DNA of 64,000 nucleotides. It comes from Roseibacillus sp. Its GTDB lineage: Bacteria > Verrucomicrobiota > Verrucomicrobiia > Verrucomicrobiales > Akkermansiaceae. The stretch is taken from positions 64,001-128,000 of the forward strand of contig JBPOGI010000007.1 in the NCBI GenBank assembly GCA_051251855.1, in the 5' to 3' direction. Of this stretch, positions 59,769-64,000 are shown piece by piece (positions within the stretch are counted from its first letter, which is position 1; each line of letters begins with the position of its first letter). The position numbers and the translations under genes were made by a program. The notes below the pieces were generated by a model. That model was not told the origin of the DNA and did not search any database. It was given only the letters and a program-made list of their open reading frames with translations.

Positions 59769-59844
59769 TTTCTCACTTGGGATTTTTAGCATCTACATAA
59801 CCCCCCTCTTATGCTAAAGGCTTCTTAAGTATTATCCAAAACCC

Positions 59845-60741
59845 ATGAAAACCTTACTCCCTATCTTCTTATTGCTCCCTTCTCTGGCGGTCGCGCAGTC
59901 AGACATTGACAGCTTCTCTGCCGCAACCAATGACCGCTTCGCCAACGATCCGTCATTTATAGGCTCTGCCTTCGATTTCTCAGGTATCGGCCGGACCACC
60001 CAAAACAATGGCCGATGGGCAACCCTCATTGCAGATAACGTCTATATCACAGCCAACCACTTCCGAGCTTCGGGAGCTGTCACGTTCTACGAACAGGACA
60101 ACACTACCTCCCACGTGCGCTCGTTTGCCGGAGGAATGAGGATTGGCTCTACCGATTTCTATCTCGGCTATTTTGCCACACCCCTTCCAACTACGATCGC
60201 GCGCTATGATTTCACCACCATCCCCATCAACACTCCCGAATTCCCAGTCCCACTTCCCGGCCCGGAATTCGCCTACACCGTAGGTTTGACCCCATCGACG
60301 GGTGGATACGCCAACAACGACCTCACGAACATGGCGGTAGGTGAAAATCGCGTCGAGTATTACCAAGCCGACTCCGACCTCACTAATGGGGCAGGAACCG
60401 TGATTGCAACGACCGACTCCGTCTACACGATTCAGAATGAGCCCACCGACCCTGGATTCACCTACGAGACCCACGAATCTGCAGCCAATGGAGGCGACTC
60501 TGGTTCTCCTCTCCTCGTCGTCGATGGCGGAGAACTCGTTCTCTGGGGTGTTGCCGGTGGAGAAGGAAGTATCAACCTTGCTGGAGGAACTCGTGATCTG
60601 TCCGTATACTCCTACACCGGCAACTACGCCACCGAGATTCAGGACTTTATCGACATCAACCTCGTCCCCATCCCTGAGCCCTCCACGATTCTTCTTCTGG
60701 GACTCTCAGGACTTTCCTTCCTCACGCGCCGACGCTCTTAA
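59845..60741 (+). CDS. PEP-CTERM exported trypsin-like serine protease
   Basis: Signal peptide; ITANH, TDFYL, GGDSGSPL; C-terminal IPEPST-TM-RRRS. Confidence 0.8.
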   Translation: MKTLLPIFLLLPSLAVAQSDIDSFSAATNDRFANDPSFIGSAFDFSGIGRTTQNNGRWATLIADNVYITANHFRASGAVTFYEQDNTTSHVRSFAGGMRIGSTDFYLGYFATPLPTTIARYDFTTIPINTPEFPVPLPGPEFAYTVGLTPSTGGYANNDLTNMAVGENRVEYYQADSDLTNGAGTVIATTDSVYTIQNEPTDPGFTYETHESAANGGDSGSPLLVVDGGELVLWGVAGGEGSINLAGGTRDLSVYSYTGNYATEIQDFIDINLVPIPEPSTILLLGLSGLSFLTRRRS

Positions 60742-62070
60742 GAAAAGGTAGTCAAAGACTCCCTCAGCAGTCGCGACTTTACCTAATTGAGGGCCGATCA
60801 ATATCGGTTGCTCTTCCACACTCACGGAATCACGCCCGTGCGAGCCCTTGACCAGACTGGCATCAAGGGGAATCACATCCAAAAGCCCACGCAGCCCTAA
60901 TTTTTTCTTTGCTAGGAACCCCGCAATCTTAAGCTTCGCAAATCTCAGTTCGGGATCCACGAAAAGTTCCGCAGGGTCATATCCCGGCTTGCGGTGAATA
61001 TCAATCGTGCGCGCAAAGTCCGGCGCGAGCGCATCGTCGAACCAGTAATAGTAGCTAAACCACGCATCAGCCTCAGACATAGCCACCAAGTCCCCTCCCC
61101 GTTCTCCTCCAACCCCTTCCCAGCCCTCTCGAACTTCTTCCACGCCGTCCGTCTTTTCAAGCAGCGAACGCACCTCCCCCTTCAGGGACTGGTCGTTCAA
61201 ATAGACATGAGCCACCTGATGGTCCACCACCGCAAAGACCTTGCTGGCACCACAGTCCAGCTGCTCCAAACCGAGTTCATCCTTAATCGTAATCCACCCT
61301 TGCTCGCGAAAAAGCCGATTCAGGTGCACCACTCGTTTCACCTCTGAGATCCCGTATTCAGAGAGAACGACTACCTCCACACCCCGCCCCTCAAGAAAAG
61401 GAATCAAGTCAGAAAGCAGCGTGTCGGTCGCCTTCATTTCTTCTACTGACTCAGCTGCTTTCGGACCATATTTTTGCAGGCTGTAGTCAAGATGCGGGAG
61501 ATAGACCAAATTCAGATCCGGGCTCTCCCGCTCCTCAATCCACTTTGCCGAATTTGCAATCCAACGCGACGACTCGATCCCTGCCCGAGGCCCCCAAAAA
61601 GCAGGAAAAGGAAAATTCCCCAGCGCCTTCTTCACCTCTTCACGCAAATCAAACGGCTGCGCATAAACATCAAAGACCTTACGCCCATCAGCAGGATACA
61701 TCGGACGAGGAGTCATCGAAAACTCAGCACTTGAATACATGTTATACCACCAAAACCACTTCGCACATCGATAGCCAGGATTCTCGCGACGCAAGCGCTC
61801 CCAGAGTTTCTCTCCCTTAACGAGGTGATTACTCTGCTTCCAAAACTTCACCTCCGCAGCCTCACGGTCGTACCACCCATTCCCGACAATCCCGTGCTCA
61901 TCAACCGACTTCCCCGTGAGATAGCTCGATTGAGCCGTGCAAGTTACCGCCGGAAATACAGGCTTAAACGACGCTCGCTCCCGCCCCTCGGCCCACGACC
62001 TTAGAAACGGCATCTCCTGCAGCTCGCGCTCGCAAAGGCCTACCACATTGAGAACAGCCAATCGTTTCAT
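60706..62070 (-). CDS. Alkaline phosphatase/NPP family protein (EboF-like)
   Basis: FPAVTCTAQS, HGIVGNGWY, YLPHLDY, SEYGI, DIHRKPGYDP, KGSHG. Confidence 0.88.
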   Translation of the reverse strand: MKRLAVLNVVGLCERELQEMPFLRSWAEGRERASFKPVFPAVTCTAQSSYLTGKSVDEHGIVGNGWYDREAAEVKFWKQSNHLVKGEKLWERLRRENPGYRCAKWFWWYNMYSSAEFSMTPRPMYPADGRKVFDVYAQPFDLREEVKKALGNFPFPAFWGPRAGIESSRWIANSAKWIEERESPDLNLVYLPHLDYSLQKYGPKAAESVEEMKATDTLLSDLIPFLEGRGVEVVVLSEYGISEVKRVVHLNRLFREQGWITIKDELGLEQLDCGASKVFAVVDHQVAHVYLNDQSLKGEVRSLLEKTDGVEEVREGWEGVGGERGGDLVAMSEADAWFSYYYWFDDALAPDFARTIDIHRKPGYDPAELFVDPELRFAKLKIAGFLAKKKLGLRGLLDVIPLDASLVKGSHGRDSVSVEEQPILIGPQLGKVATAEGVFDYLFLRASAREEGKS

Positions 62071-62076
62071 GAGTAT

Positions 62077-63234
62077 CTAAACCAAACTACAGGCCCGCTC
62101 CTTCAACTCCACAATACACTCTTCCAAAGCCTCCTCGCACATCTCATGCACCTCCACTCCTTGGCCGGGACTCCTCAACAGTAAAATAGTCAACTGCCCA
62201 CCCAAATGCTCGCGAAACTCTTCCAGCCCTTCGAAAACTTCCCGACGACCGCTTACATTTCGGGACTCATAAAATTCACTCCATAAGGGCAAGCCCATTT
62301 TCTCCAAGAGAGATAAGACTCGTTCACCATCGGCCATCGAGAGCAGCCCTTTTTTCACCGAGTAAAGGCAATCCAGAGCCAAACCGATTGACACTGCACG
62401 AGCATGACTGAGCTCAAAGTCACTGATTTGTTCCAGCTTATGAGCGGCCCAGTGACCAAAGTCCAAAGGCCGACTGCTGCCTGATTCAAACGGATCCCCG
62501 CCCTGCGCGATGTGGCTCGCATGCAATACCGCCGAGCGCTCTACTGCTTTTTCCAAAGCGGCTTCATCAAGCATTACTAGCTCATCGAGATGAGTTTCTA
62601 ACCAAGAGAAAAATTCCCCATCCTTCACCAACGCTACCTTTACAGCCTCCACCAGTCCATCAAGCCGAACATCAGCTGGCTGAGTGTGCAGAAAATTAAA
62701 ATCGTTCACCACGGCAAAAGGCACCGCAAAGGCTCCCATAAAGTTCTTCTTTCCGTATTTGTTGATACCCGATTTCACCCCCACACCGCTATCGTCCTGC
62801 GAAAGAGTTGTTGTCGGAAAACGAACCAACCTCACCCCACGATGGACCGTTGTCGCAGCATAGCCAATCGCATCTAAGAAGGCTCCACCTCCGATAACAA
62901 AAACGAAAGAATGCCGATCAATACCCGCTCCAGCGATGGCATCACAAGCCTTTTGGTAGACGCTATCGTCTCGCTTGCACTCCTCACCTCCCGGTAAAAC
63001 CAGTAAGCCTCGGAAATCTGTTCTCGGCAGCGTGTTTAGCTTCAGTTCCACCTGAGTGGCCAACTCAGGGAAGACTTCCCTGACTCCTTCTTCGAGAAAC
63101 ACGAAAATCCGGCTCGTCTTTTGGGTTTGCTCACCCAGCAACTCTTCCAAAGTCCTGTTCCCCTCCCCAAAGACGTCCCTCTCGAACACCACTCGGTGCT
63201 CAAAGGTGATCGGAATCTTAAAATCATACCTCAT
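62077..63234 (-). CDS. 3-dehydroquinate synthase-like sugar-phosphate cyclase (EboD-like)
   Basis: PGGEECK, IDRHS, GGGAFLD, PTTTLSQDDSGVGVK, GDPFE.GSSRPLDFGHWAAHKLE, GLEEFREHLGG. Confidence 0.88.
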   Translation of the reverse strand: MRYDFKIPITFEHRVVFERDVFGEGNRTLEELLGEQTQKTSRIFVFLEEGVREVFPELATQVELKLNTLPRTDFRGLLVLPGGEECKRDDSVYQKACDAIAGAGIDRHSFVFVIGGGAFLDAIGYAATTVHRGVRLVRFPTTTLSQDDSGVGVKSGINKYGKKNFMGAFAVPFAVVNDFNFLHTQPADVRLDGLVEAVKVALVKDGEFFSWLETHLDELVMLDEAALEKAVERSAVLHASHIAQGGDPFESGSSRPLDFGHWAAHKLEQISDFELSHARAVSIGLALDCLYSVKKGLLSMADGERVLSLLEKMGLPLWSEFYESRNVSGRREVFEGLEEFREHLGGQLTILLLRSPGQGVEVHEMCEEALEECIVELKERACSLV

Positions 63235-63338
63235 TTCGTGCTCTGTAAACTAACCCTCCTACGGAAGCTCGCCAATGAATCTTCGACTTGATTTCACTTT
63301 CGTCCCCGCTTTCTCGGAACTCCAAAGATGCCACATCC

Positions 63339-63941
63339 CTATGGCGTAGGCGTGAATACAGGGCTCGATGCCGACGGAGCCGCAGTGACAGCAAAGACAA
63401 TGAGGGCCACATAGGCGATAATTCCCAAAATCGATAAGACAGTCGCGATGTAGCCAAGAATCAGACCCGTTGTCGCCATTCCTTCACCCGATTGCGGAGT
63501 GGGCGACTCTCGGAACTGTTTTCGGGCCATATGACCACAGATGATAGCTGGAATCCCTGTGAGAAGGCCTGAGCAGAGCACAATACTCAAAATCCCGAGA
63601 ATCATACTCACCAATGCCATCGTATTCTGCTGCACCGGCGCGATCAATTGCGGCGCTGGCTGTGACAATTGACTGACTGCGGGTGCCACATAAGGGTCCG
63701 ACGAATTCGTCGCGACAGCGCTGGCAGCACTACTACTTTCAGCCGAACTCCCTTGACTACCCTCACCAGAAACAGGAACCGGCTCACGCAACTCAAGCAC
63801 CTCTCCCAACGGAGACCACTGCGCCATTCCCTCCCGCCACACAAGCGTTCCATTGGAGAGATCCCCACTTTTCAACCGAGAACGAATATCGTCAGCCTCC
63901 ACAGGACCATGCTGCTCACCATCTTTCGCGTAAAACCACAT
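63339..63941 (-). CDS. GYF_2 (DUF4339) + DUF4190 membrane protein
   Basis: WFY..DG.Q.GP, TLVWREGM.QW; ALVSMILGILS...AIICGH.A..Q...GEGMA..GLILG. Confidence 0.85.
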   Translation of the reverse strand: MWFYAKDGEQHGPVEADDIRSRLKSGDLSNGTLVWREGMAQWSPLGEVLELREPVPVSGEGSQGSSAESSSAASAVATNSSDPYVAPAVSQLSQPAPQLIAPVQQNTMALVSMILGILSIVLCSGLLTGIPAIICGHMARKQFRESPTPQSGEGMATTGLILGYIATVLSILGIIAYVALIVFAVTAAPSASSPVFTPTP

Positions 63942-64000
63942 ACCCCTGCTATGCCAGAACTCCCCCAATAAATCCAGCGTAGAGAGCGGCTCCAATCAAA

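Noticed and set aside
1..64000. CRISPR arrays, rRNA, IS/transposase, prophage or known defence genes
   Set aside because: No regularly spaced repeat-spacer arrays or matching protein motifs were seen.

Overview
A 64-kb chromosomal window, almost certainly from a Verrucomicrobiota bacterium (PEP-CTERM protein, PVC-type dehydrogenase, verrucomicrobial C-terminal motifs). Contents: an ECF sigma pseudogene, cobA/hemD, a phosphate locus (phoU-pstBACS plus a divergent porin, with Pho-box-like repeats), a clan GH-A glycoside hydrolase, a DUF1611 + PLP-racemase pair, a ~1860-aa beta-helix protein beside tRNA-Leu(CAG), an M16 protease, tRNA-Thr(TGT), a His-rich heavy-metal RND efflux cluster, rpsN, a STAS/RsbU pair, Fur, sodN, two divergent amt genes, coaX, BLUF, a tRNA nucleotidyltransferase and eboD/eboF-like genes. 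The strongest hidden signal is a probable selenoprotein that the ORF track splits in two. 35185-36480 reads signal peptide + thioredoxin fold with W-U(TGA)-A-G-C, followed by a SECIS-like hairpin, a helical region and a C-terminal Cys pair. It is the last gene of a tightly overlapping five-gene run that also encodes two arrestin-fold-like proteins and a small P-loop ATPase. Other oddities: coaX lacks a canonical start codon, a His-rich exported ORF ending in KPP precedes the efflux operon, and several REP-like repeat families occur between genes. All assignments come from motif recognition by eye; no searches were run.
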